Assembly (NCBI GenBank): GCA_016432445.1
Contig: CP066689.1
Coordinates: 1,071,690 to 1,103,689 of the forward strand
DNA: 32,000 nucleotides
Direction: 5' to 3'
DNA from: Candidatus Saccharimonadota bacterium
Lineage (GTDB): Bacteria; Patescibacteriota; Microgenomatia; UBA1406; GWC2-37-13
This document shows positions 23,001-30,500 of this stretch, in pieces. Both the position numbers and the translations under genes were made by a program. The notes under the pieces were generated by a model that had not been told where the DNA came from, searched no databases, and saw nothing but the letters and a program-made list of their open reading frames with translations. Each line of letters begins with the position of its first letter. Positions within the stretch are counted from its first letter, which is position 1.

Positions 23001-26000
23001 TATGGCTCTTTGGGGAGTTAACGGACTTCATCTAACGGCAAATGTCGATGCTGCCCTGGGAATGACAATTACAACTGGTGGCAACGTCGGTATTGGGACA
23101 ACTAGCCCGGGAGCTATTTTGGCAATTAGTGCTGCTCTATCCAGACCAACTATTACCTCCACCACAACCACTAATGATGTGCAGTTATCCTTTACCAATG
23201 GCGGTGGTTCATTGTATGTCGGAAGAGATAATGCAACAGCATCTTCCGGATCAACTTTCCTGACCAGCGGCGGATTAAACTATGCTGGTGTCATTAGTGT
23301 TTCCGGATTGTATCCTCTTCAGCTAGCTACAAACTCTATTTCCAGAGTAACAATCGATAGTACTGGCAACGTCGGCATTGGGACAACCAGTCCTCAGAGA
23401 AAATTAGACATTTTAGATGCTTCTAACCCTCAGACCAGGTTAACCTACAATGCCGCTACCTACACTGATTTCCAAACAGACATCAGTGGGCATTTGCAGA
23501 TTACCCCAACCGGAGACCAGATAGATATTAGAGGTACAACCCATGCCTATCTTAACTTTTACCGCTCAGGCACCAACAAATGGTCTATGTATAACTGGGG
23601 CTCCACTTCTCCGCTGGATAGATTCTTTTTAACTGACCAAACAGGCAGTGTTGATGTTTTAACAGTCAGGTCTAAAGTTACTGATGGGGCAGGACAAGTA
23701 GCTGGAATAACTATGGCTCAAAACTTTTCAGCCTTAAATACTGCCGGTGACGGCTATACAGGTTTAGTATTAAATGTCACTGATGCTGCTGCAGGTGCAA
23801 CTGGGACCAAACTTATTCAGGATTGGCAACTAGGAGGAGCCAGCAAGATGGTGCTTACCAGCATTGGCAATGTAGGCATTGGGACAACAAATCCTGGGGG
23901 AGCATTGGAATTAGCAACAAATATAACAGGGGCAACTGCAGTAACACAGTATGGAGTTAAGATTAATCCAAGATTAACCGGTACATTAGCCTCAGCTCAA
24001 ACTAATTTCTACTCTGAATATAATGTCTCAACTATTAATGTCGGCGGTACTTCTCCTAACCTCACTAATTTATTCGGTAACTATATCGGAGCCTCAGTTG
24101 GAACAGGTGTCACCTCAACTGTCACTAACTATTATGGCCTTTACCTTGCTTCCCCTTCAACTTCAGGTTCAGGAACAATAACCAATAAATACGCTCTAGT
24201 TACTGAAGGTAATGCCGGCAATGTTGGCATTGGGACTACTGCGCCTGGAGCAAAATTAGATATACTTGGAGCATCCAGCCCGACGATGCGAATTGTCAGT
24301 GCAGCAGGAACAGTTCCTGCCTATATGGATGGGCAGGCATATAAGGGTCTTTACATCACAACACCCTCCGGTTCGGGAGACTATCCTGGGATTGAGACTG
24401 TTGATACGTTGGGTGTACATATGGTTTTTGGTGGTAACACTATAGGGACTCTAACCAATACCACCTTACGTATTTTGACTAATAGCGGTGATGCTATAAA
24501 TATTCTTGGTAATGGAAATGTAGGTATTAATACTGGAGCTCCCCTGTCCAAACTGGGTGTTTTAGGCAATGCTGCTATTGGAGCTACTTATGGGGCAATA
24601 GCTGCCCCCACTTCTGGATTAATAGTAGAGGGCAATGTTGGCATTGGGACGACAGATCCTTCTTCATTCAAACTGGAAGTGGCTGGAGATGTGGGGCCTT
24701 CTGCAGACAATACTTACGATCTAGGCTCAACTGCAAAATCATGGCAGGATCTTTATCTTACAGGTAATCTTTGCTTTGATGATACTGATTGTATAAATGG
24801 TTCATCTGTAGGCGGTGGCTGGCAAGACTTAGGAACTGCAGTTGCCCTAATCACTCAAACTGACAACGTCGGTATTGGCACAACTGCACCACTTGGCATG
24901 CTTTCTGTTGGCGCTACCAACACATCCCCAATACTGTATGTCTCATCTGCCGGCAACGTCGGCATCGGGACAACTAATCCACAAGCTCCTTTTGTCGTCG
25001 CAGGTAGCGGCTATTCTAATGTTGAAATCAGAGGAAGCGCCAATAACTACAATGCCTATGTAGGAGCTAATGCCGGTAAAGCAGAAACAACTGGTGGTTC
25101 TAACGCTTTCTTTGGTGCCTATGCCGGACAATTAAACACTTCAGGTTATGGGAATACTTATATTGGTGGCCGGGTCGCAGAAAACAACACTGATCAATGG
25201 GGTAATACTTTTGTAGGTAGCTGGATCTTTGCAAGCGGCAACAATGCTACTATTATTGGTGATCAGGCAGGTTATGCCAGCAGCGGCAACAACACTGCAA
25301 TGTTAGGTTATCAGGCAGGTTATGGGAATAATGGAAATAATAATGTTATTCTTGGATATCAGGCCGGTTACAACGGAGACGGAGCCAGCAATGTTTTCCT
25401 AGGCTACCAAGCTGGTTACAATGAAACAGGATCAAATAAGCTTTATGTAGCAAACTCTGATACCACTTCCCTACTTTATGGTGACTTCTCTACCGGCCAG
25501 GTGGGCCTCGGTGGAACGGCTGCCAATACTAACCCTTCAGTTTATATAGGAAGCAATGGCAATGTCGGTATCGGGACAACCGGGCCGGAAGCTAAACTTG
25601 AAGTTTCAAGTACAAACGATGGTGGTGAAGTCATTCCTCTCAAACTGAGAAATACAGGGACAGCATTGAATACGGCGACTTCATTAGGATTCTTAACGAC
25701 TCCCAGCGTTACTGTTGGAGCAAAGATTCAGGCTTTGAGAACGGATTCTCCCCAGGGTGGAGATACGGGTTTTGCATTTTATACTTTGGGTTCAGCAACT
25801 TTGGCTGAAAGGGTACGCATACAACCAAGCGGTAATGTTGGCATTGGAGCAACTGTACCCAATGCTCCTTTGCAGATATCAACAGCTGAAGGAAATTCCA
25901 TGGCCTTAAATGTCACCACACCAGCTGGTGCAGATTATGATTTTGGATACTATATACAAGGTGCAGCAGCTATTACCGCCCATGGTACAGACGGCTGGCT

Positions 26001-27543
26001 ACGCCTCAATCAAAACAGTAGTTTTTCCTCTGGAGTTTACACTCCAGGTAGAATCCACACTGATGGCAGGCTCAGCGCAAACGGCAGTCTCTCAGTTGGC
26101 AGTTACGCAAACACCGATCCAGGAACAGGTAATGTTATAATCTCGGGTAATGTCGGCATTGGGACGTCAGTTCCAAGCATCACCAACGACAACGGCAATA
26201 CAGGTTCTTTCCTGCAAATAAGAGGAGTAAACGACGGTAATCTCATAACCGTGCTTTCTCTCACCAACCGGCCTGGAGGCAACGCTTCTGCCGGAACCGG
26301 CGCCAGACTGAGATTCTCCAATCATGCCAACTCATATTATGGAGTCGATATTGGTTCTATTGCCACTCAAGCTGACCCTGGTTATCCCAATGAAGCCTTT
26401 ACTGTCCGAACAACTTATAACTCAACCACATGGGCGGAAAAGTTTAGAATAACCGCCGATGGCAACGTCGGTATCGGAACTACTTCTCCATTCGGCATGC
26501 TTCAAGTTGGTGCCACCTCAACTCCATACACTCCAAACTTCTTCGTCTCAGCCTCAGCCAGTGGTAACGTCGGCATAGGGACTACTAATCCAATGGCAGG
26601 ACTACAAATCAGCAAGGCAAACGCAGACTATAAAGGTCAACTGGTACTGGTTGATCCTGACAATAACGGTGATACAAACGCAGCTATAACTGCTATTTCC
26701 GGTTATGGAAAAGATCTAGCTAATGGCAACAGTACTGGTCGGATGTGGTATCTGGGAAGCACTGGCGGCTCAGATAAAAAAATATACTTATACAATCACC
26801 TAGCCGATGATTTACTTCTTGGCACAGCACCGTCTTCTAAACTGCAGGTTGTCGGAAGCACGCAAATAAGAGGAAATCTTTCAATAAACGCTCTTGGGTC
26901 AGTGAACAATGGAAGAACTATAGATTTTGTTGCAGATAATGACGGAGTTGGTCAAATTTATAGCAGTTATTGGTCAACTGAAGGACCACTTGTTTTAGGA
27001 ACATACACTAATAGAGCAAATCAGTTGTCTTTGACAACAAGCGGTAGTGTCGGCATTGGGATAACTGCACCACTCGGGAGTGCTAGTTCGCTTGAACTAG
27101 CCGGAGGAGAGCTTTATGTTTCTGCTGATACTAGTGCAACTAGAAAGATGATTTTTATAGACCATAATGGCACCCTAGGTTACATCGCGTCAAGTTATGC
27201 GGGTAGTGGCGCATATAGTCCATTAGGAATTAGAACTAGTGGTCTTGATAGAATATACATAGAAACTGGTGGCAATGTAAGTATTGGAACTACTAATCCA
27301 TCATCATTCAAACTTGAGGTGGCTGGAGATGCGGGACCTTCTGCAGATGATACTTACGATTTAGGGTCAACTGCAAAATCATGGCAGGATCTTTATCTTA
27401 CAGGTAATCTTTGCTTTGATGATACTGATTGTATAAATGGTTCATCTGTAGGCGGAGGCTGGCAAGATCTTGGAACCGCTGTCGCTTTAATTACTCAAAC
27501 TGACAACCAGGGGATAAACTCCATGTTAATAATGGCAATATAA
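16648..27543 (+). CDS. Fibre gene, segment 2 (3631 aa from the track's TTG; the frame is open from 16480): GNVGIGTT-repeat fibre with no signal peptide or TM of its own
   Basis: About 40 GNVGIGTT-type motifs by my count. It contains cassettes A1-A3, B1-B2 and C1, plus a YadA-head-like stretch (25041-25515). The frame is -1 relative to segment 1. The sequence upstream of the TTG (KCASQITNALPTQFTSSGDVSIAYDINF...) is homologous to internal in-frame sequence at 28806 onward, so it is most likely a continuation rather than an independent gene. Confidence 0.8.
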   Translation: MATYNSGDLMMDIGGTGTGTGTIKFYDSNVKGASTTTAIAFSDSSSDVNQYRTNYTDETIIGALNEVYAAALGSSGFWLDGGDYLYPNSTYATNIVATTGRIGVGTTNPFGMLQVGATNSPYVNDPNVTSAVTAVLDSASDGGDGYGSGITFNRMRGTIPSPTANQAGDTIGQLIFQGRTDARHSAAAIYADADTGWGATGTDSPGRLRFFTTPDGSSTYAERMRIDNQGNVGIGDASPAYLFTVGDGDLFGVNSSGYALLPAGAATTPSLTFTGDTNTGLYSTAADKLGLVAGGTETMTITNGNVGIGTTNPSEKLVVQKAAITPGTVTSYHLGIGVGTEGDATLTLGADSSYAYLQSWNNRPLQINNQGNNVIFNATGGNVGIGTTSPGEKLEIEDSGAARILIDAGTTAQIYLDRGGNSNADSSINFLTAGTDKFSIGLDNDNTDNFYIANGSMTEANKKVTIDTSGNVGIGTTGPGAKLDVNGHLNVGDTFSNPDGYNKLIRVGDPSHAKIVVQVGTKIGQLVTESDWSYFQLGARSNDDLRLIANNANIMSLTTTGNVGIGTTNPANKLEVVVGTNKRIAIDGNLDWSSYFGDLSTQGPIIRFSRPSDGDFLGLIGTYNTAGGRNNLALSSRNDIVFDSENGTETMRLQTGNVGIGTTAPSFKLEVAGNIGPDANATRDIGSSARHYSTIYADNIVGTGALGYWNRNSTSGYLYPATITDSLGIGTTSPFGMLQVGATNSPYVPALFVNNAGTNVGIGTTAPAYKLDVNGSIRATEADWGAGGLTVFMGATNAGSLGTTGSGRFALTASGSVNGMYLSGGGSNIDFASNALNFNSSAMVLDAGGNLGIGTATPGSKFVVMGGNVGIGTTSPYALVDTNLQIANFTSGNASALELLGNRTTASAQVGQIAFQNQQSTTASKVIANIQGITDGTYDAESGALSFWTANTAGTLSEQVRITSNGNVGIGTTNPGHALDVNGAVNIAINTPYRAAGNAILGTASSSDTYLRSYNDDIFFQDSSGNNLAAITDTGNLGIGTTTPTTKLSFAGSADGYDAIDVGGTAGKQWGLYYDQGSWLASLFSIDEFSSDGSRTPRLTINNGNVGIGTTAPSAPLHVWGTNGVVDIGKDGTGQNWLRLFGTNSDTYIEADSNDAYFTTNATHASGGWTIPGSAFSSWAIEMTSKNTSGEKFTIYHSDQSSATFSERFVIDENGNVGIGATNPSSFKLEVAGNIGPDANATRDIGSSARHYSTIYADNIVGTGALGYWNRNSTSGYLYPATITDSLGIGTTSPFGMLQVGATNSPYVPALFVNNAGTNVGIGTTNPTSSLQIAGSTPRIDIGTGISGDSAGILYIHNYSAGQDRPMILQPNGSPAGIVMAAPFTIQGNSLTFNYHNGSAYVAGLSIAQTSGDVYIAQNGGNVGIGTTGPDTKLHLYETSGALVAKLNSTDTTSYQAIALLESGTGSYIEHMNSAHPTVARRNNLELYNQTATGGITFHTANNTTPKMVIDYLGNVGIGTTAPNAPLEVVGNLYGTGLNDQGVYFKDSTTAAQNVGGSILLMGKTGTGDNYATYGEIHGGKENATAGNYASYLNFATRADGGAVTEQMRINSNGNVGIGTTAPAAKLQVAGDHILIDNLKTFSGKNTSGTGVGLIGIDDGNAININRNGAAVSTVVNIGASDGIYFMDNFTTYNMTIKGTGNVGIGTDTTPDYLLELYDATNTPTFALSDDDVAHSFTDLANADTFAHLTSLSTTAGGALFQSFSDGDASGFNLKVGIGTTDPTDSTPAIKLIGGKLSGTTLGDLAATETVLQIANNDDAAALTILGNGNVGIGTTNPSSFKLEVAGNIGPDANATRDIGSSARHYSTIYADNIVGTGALGYWSRNSTSGYLYPATITDSLGIGTTNPFGMLQVGATNSPYIPALFVNSAGTNVGIGTTGPSALLHLYKTGANADITLDTTGDADRYNRLYFNAARGSNGQTVGQLSFNNGGATPVAEIIGIRSATATTGFLSFFTSNSEAMRISSTGGLSLGSTYVSTDPGAGAMIVSGNVGIGTTGPTYKLDVSGTARINSTTSTLLDLTSTQTYAQMQFIEGSTTRGYFGYGDSGGVLTNALPDSMALWGVNGLHLTANVDAALGMTITTGGNVGIGTTSPGAILAISAALSRPTITSTTTTNDVQLSFTNGGGSLYVGRDNATASSGSTFLTSGGLNYAGVISVSGLYPLQLATNSISRVTIDSTGNVGIGTTSPQRKLDILDASNPQTRLTYNAATYTDFQTDISGHLQITPTGDQIDIRGTTHAYLNFYRSGTNKWSMYNWGSTSPLDRFFLTDQTGSVDVLTVRSKVTDGAGQVAGITMAQNFSALNTAGDGYTGLVLNVTDAAAGATGTKLIQDWQLGGASKMVLTSIGNVGIGTTNPGGALELATNITGATAVTQYGVKINPRLTGTLASAQTNFYSEYNVSTINVGGTSPNLTNLFGNYIGASVGTGVTSTVTNYYGLYLASPSTSGSGTITNKYALVTEGNAGNVGIGTTAPGAKLDILGASSPTMRIVSAAGTVPAYMDGQAYKGLYITTPSGSGDYPGIETVDTLGVHMVFGGNTIGTLTNTTLRILTNSGDAINILGNGNVGINTGAPLSKLGVLGNAAIGATYGAIAAPTSGLIVEGNVGIGTTDPSSFKLEVAGDVGPSADNTYDLGSTAKSWQDLYLTGNLCFDDTDCINGSSVGGGWQDLGTAVALITQTDNVGIGTTAPLGMLSVGATNTSPILYVSSAGNVGIGTTNPQAPFVVAGSGYSNVEIRGSANNYNAYVGANAGKAETTGGSNAFFGAYAGQLNTSGYGNTYIGGRVAENNTDQWGNTFVGSWIFASGNNATIIGDQAGYASSGNNTAMLGYQAGYGNNGNNNVILGYQAGYNGDGASNVFLGYQAGYNETGSNKLYVANSDTTSLLYGDFSTGQVGLGGTAANTNPSVYIGSNGNVGIGTTGPEAKLEVSSTNDGGEVIPLKLRNTGTALNTATSLGFLTTPSVTVGAKIQALRTDSPQGGDTGFAFYTLGSATLAERVRIQPSGNVGIGATVPNAPLQISTAEGNSMALNVTTPAGADYDFGYYIQGAAAITAHGTDGWLRLNQNSSFSSGVYTPGRIHTDGRLSANGSLSVGSYANTDPGTGNVIISGNVGIGTSVPSITNDNGNTGSFLQIRGVNDGNLITVLSLTNRPGGNASAGTGARLRFSNHANSYYGVDIGSIATQADPGYPNEAFTVRTTYNSTTWAEKFRITADGNVGIGTTSPFGMLQVGATSTPYTPNFFVSASASGNVGIGTTNPMAGLQISKANADYKGQLVLVDPDNNGDTNAAITAISGYGKDLANGNSTGRMWYLGSTGGSDKKIYLYNHLADDLLLGTAPSSKLQVVGSTQIRGNLSINALGSVNNGRTIDFVADNDGVGQIYSSYWSTEGPLVLGTYTNRANQLSLTTSGSVGIGITAPLGSASSLELAGGELYVSADTSATRKMIFIDHNGTLGYIASSYAGSGAYSPLGIRTSGLDRIYIETGGNVSIGTTNPSSFKLEVAGDAGPSADDTYDLGSTAKSWQDLYLTGNLCFDDTDCINGSSVGGGWQDLGTAVALITQTDNQGINSMLIMAI
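18641..18938 (+). repeat. Intragenic cassette A, copy 1 (298 bp)
   Basis: Encodes SFKLEVAGNIGPDANATRDIGSSARHYSTIYADNIVGTGALGYWNRNSTSGYLYPATITDSLGIGTTSPFGMLQVGATNSPYVPALFVNNAGTNVGIG. It is nearly identical at nucleotide level to 20321-20618 and 22163-22460. Confidence 0.9.
20321..20618 (+). repeat. Intragenic cassette A, copy 2
   Basis: By-eye alignment to copy 1 shows only a handful of substitutions over 298 bp. The offset is 1680 bp. Confidence 0.9.
22163..22460 (+). repeat. Intragenic cassette A, copy 3
   Basis: Same cassette, offset 1842 bp from copy 2, slightly more diverged at the 3' half (TNPFGML, YIPALFVNS). Confidence 0.9.
24631..24867 (+). repeat. Intragenic cassette B, copy 1 (237 bp, Cys-containing junction module)
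   Basis: Encodes GNVGIGTTDPSSFKLEVAGDVGPSADNTYDLGSTAKSWQDLYLTGNLCFDDTDCINGSSVGGGWQDLGTAVALITQTDN. Confidence 0.9.
26461..26826 (+). repeat. Intragenic cassette C, copy 1 (at least 366 bp)
   Basis: Nearly identical to 31635-32000. It encodes GNVGIGTTSPFGMLQVGATSTPYTPNFFVSASASGNVGIGTTNPMAGLQISKANADYKGQLVLVDPDNNGDTNAAITAISGYGKDLANGNSTGRMWYLGSTGGSDKKIYLYNHLADDLLLGT. A shorter, more diverged copy of its first ~120 bp lies at 27783-27900. Confidence 0.9.
27271..27507 (+). repeat. Intragenic cassette B, copy 2; ends exactly at the second frame break
   Basis: Same 237-bp module. Its 3' half is identical to copy 3. Homology among the three copies stops at ctgacaac (27500-27507). Confidence 0.9.
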
Positions 27544-30500
27544 GAATAACCGGAACGGTTGATACGATAACAACGCCTTTAGATTCCACCAATTTCAATG
27601 GTTATATCGTAAACAATTTTTCTACTACAACTGGTGCATTATCAGGCATTGCGATGTATAACGGTGCCTCTTACAACGCCGCCGCAGGTGTTTTTGCTGC
27701 AAGAGAATCGGCGTCAGCCGCAAGCTTGGTTTTCTATTCCGGTAGCAACATGGCCACAGAGAGGATGAGGATAGATTCTGCAGGTAATGTGGGTATCGGC
27801 ACCACTTCTCCATTCGGCATGCTTCAAGTTGGTGCCACCTCAACTCCATACACTCCAAACTTCTTCGTCTCAGCCGCAGCCAATGGCAATGTCGGCATCG
27901 GGACAACCGGGCCAGCAGCTAAATTTGAGGTTATTGGAAATGCTAATTTTTATAATGGTACAACACCAGTACTACAGACTATTGGAAACTCAGTTCAAAT
28001 TACTGATGGCAATGCTAATTCCCCTGCCCTAACCTTTAATGGCGATACTAATACAGGCATATACAGGGCTGCTGCCGATATGCTGGCTCTGATTACAGGA
28101 GGACTGGAAAGATTAAGAATTAATGATAATGGCAATGTTGGCATTGGCGGTGTTGTGGGAACCGGGCCATATCCAACTTTTTCAATCAATGGGTTATTCC
28201 AGGTTGGCAATTCCAACACTCCTCCATTATTTGTAACTTCAGCAACCGGCAATGTTGGCATCGGGACAACTGCACCAGGCTTCACTCTAGATGTGTTAGG
28301 TAATGGCGTTATCAATCCTATGCGGGTAGCAAGTGCGGGCGGATCTTCTATCGCGATTCAGTCCACAGATGATAATTATGCTCAACTTAGTCTTAATAAC
28401 TCAGGGAACTCGGCCCTTGCCCAAATAAGATATACCTTCTCCGATAATAGTTTTGCGCTCAACAACCGTAATACCGGACCTTTCATTTTTAAAGTAGATG
28501 ATGTTGAAAAAATCAGATTTACTGCAAATGGCAATGTGGGGATTGGGACAACCAATCCATTCGGTATGTTACAGGTTGGAGCCACCAACTCACCTTATGT
28601 TCCAGCTCTCTTCGTCTCGACAGGTGGAAATATTGGAATTGGTACGACCAACCCTACCAGACAACTGACGATCGGCGGATCGGGTCAAATAAAGTTTTCA
28701 GGAGACTCTGACCATTATATTTATGATGAAGACGAAAATCCAAGAATCTATATTAAAAATAATGTTAACTTCTCAGGAACTGATGCTTTTACAGTTGGTT
28801 CTGCTCAAATTACCAATGCTCTTCCAACTCAGTTTACATCTTCAGGTGATGTCTCAATAGCTTATGATTTAAACTTTACTAATCCAACCGCCTCCTACAT
28901 CAAGTCTCAAGCTCCTTTTTACATTCAATCTGGTGAATCATTTGCTTCAAGTGACTTAACATTGGCAACCTACAACTCCGGTGACTTAATGATGGATATT
29001 GGGGGAACTGGTACTGGTACTGGCACCATCAAATTCTATGACTCCAATGTTAAAGGAGCAACCACAACCACTCCGATCGCCTTCTCTGACTCATCATCTG
29101 ATATAAATACTTACCGAACTAACTATACTGACGAAACTATAATCGGCGCTTTAAATGAAGTCTATGCCGCCGCACTTGGATCTTCCGGCTTCTGGCTTGA
29201 CGGAGGAGATTACCTTTACCCCAACTCAACTTATGCAACCAATATCGTTGCTACCACTGGAAGAATTGGAGTCGGCACAACCAATCCATTCGGTATGTTA
29301 CAGGTTGGAGCCACCAACTCTCCTTATGTCCAGGCAAGTAACACAGTTGGAATCTTTTTAGATAGTGAAGCAACAAATGCTGATGCTCTAGTTATTCAAG
29401 CAAAATATGCTGCTAATTTTACCCAAGACCTCTCTGGTGGATATGGTTTATCTGTTTCAAGGAATCTTAATGAAGCTGGGAGCTATCCTTTGGTATCTTT
29501 AGTTGATGATCATACTGCCAACACACAAACCACTTTAAAAATCCAACAAGACGGCACAGGAGATATTCTTAATTTATTTGACGGAGCTACAGAAGTATTC
29601 ACGGTATTAGATGGCGGCAACGTCGGTATTGGGATAACGGGGCCAGCAGCAGGCTTGGAAATAGCTAGGGTAAATTCAACTGGTGGTTCACTTAATGCCC
29701 TAACCTTATCTGGGACATTAGGAGTGATGGATGGATCTGATACCTTTAGAGGATTGTATGTGAACACTAATTCCAATACTGGCCACACTAATACCAATAC
29801 TATTTATGGTGTAGATATTAATAACAGTGGAACAACTAGTGTCTATGACAACACTACTGAGGGAGCAATTCATGTAGCCGGAAACTGGGATTATATGATG
29901 AAGCTGGAGAATACCGATAATGTCACCATCCAGGCTCCTGTAAGAGGTAGTATTGCAATGAACTTTATGTTCCCTGCTGCTTATCGATACGGCCGAATTA
30001 ATATGTCAGAAGCTCCTGCTGATACCACAGGATTAGGTTTCCATGCTAATTTTGATTTTGATCAAGCCGGTATCTCTGTAGATTCTTCAGTAGGCACACA
30101 GTTTATTCTCACTTCCAGTAATGAACCAAGCAGCAATGACTTTGACCATGCTGCCCAAACCAACCCCACCCTCTTTATTCAGGATGCTACCGACCCTGAT
30201 ATAACTAATAATAAATGGGGCTCTCTAAACCATGATGGCACAGGTTTTGTGATAACTTCCGGAGACAATACAGGCGCAGGTACCTCTCCTGCCACTATTG
30301 ATAACTACATTGCTTTTGCCCCAAGAGGCACAGAACGGGTAAGGATTGATGGTACCGGCAACGTCGGCATCGGGACAACAAATCCATTCGGTATGCTCCA
30401 AGTTGGTGCTACCAACTCTTCTCTCCCCAGTTTCTTTGTAGGTGTAGGCGCTACTGCTTATGTAGGGATTGGGACCACTGCTCCGGCAAATGCTCTCCAT

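Noticed and set aside
16304-29330. A diversity-generating retroelement (template/variable repeat pair) as the origin of the duplicated cassettes.
   Set aside because: Differences between cassette copies are scattered substitutions of all types, mostly at third positions, and are not adenine-specific. No reverse transcriptase gene is present in the window.
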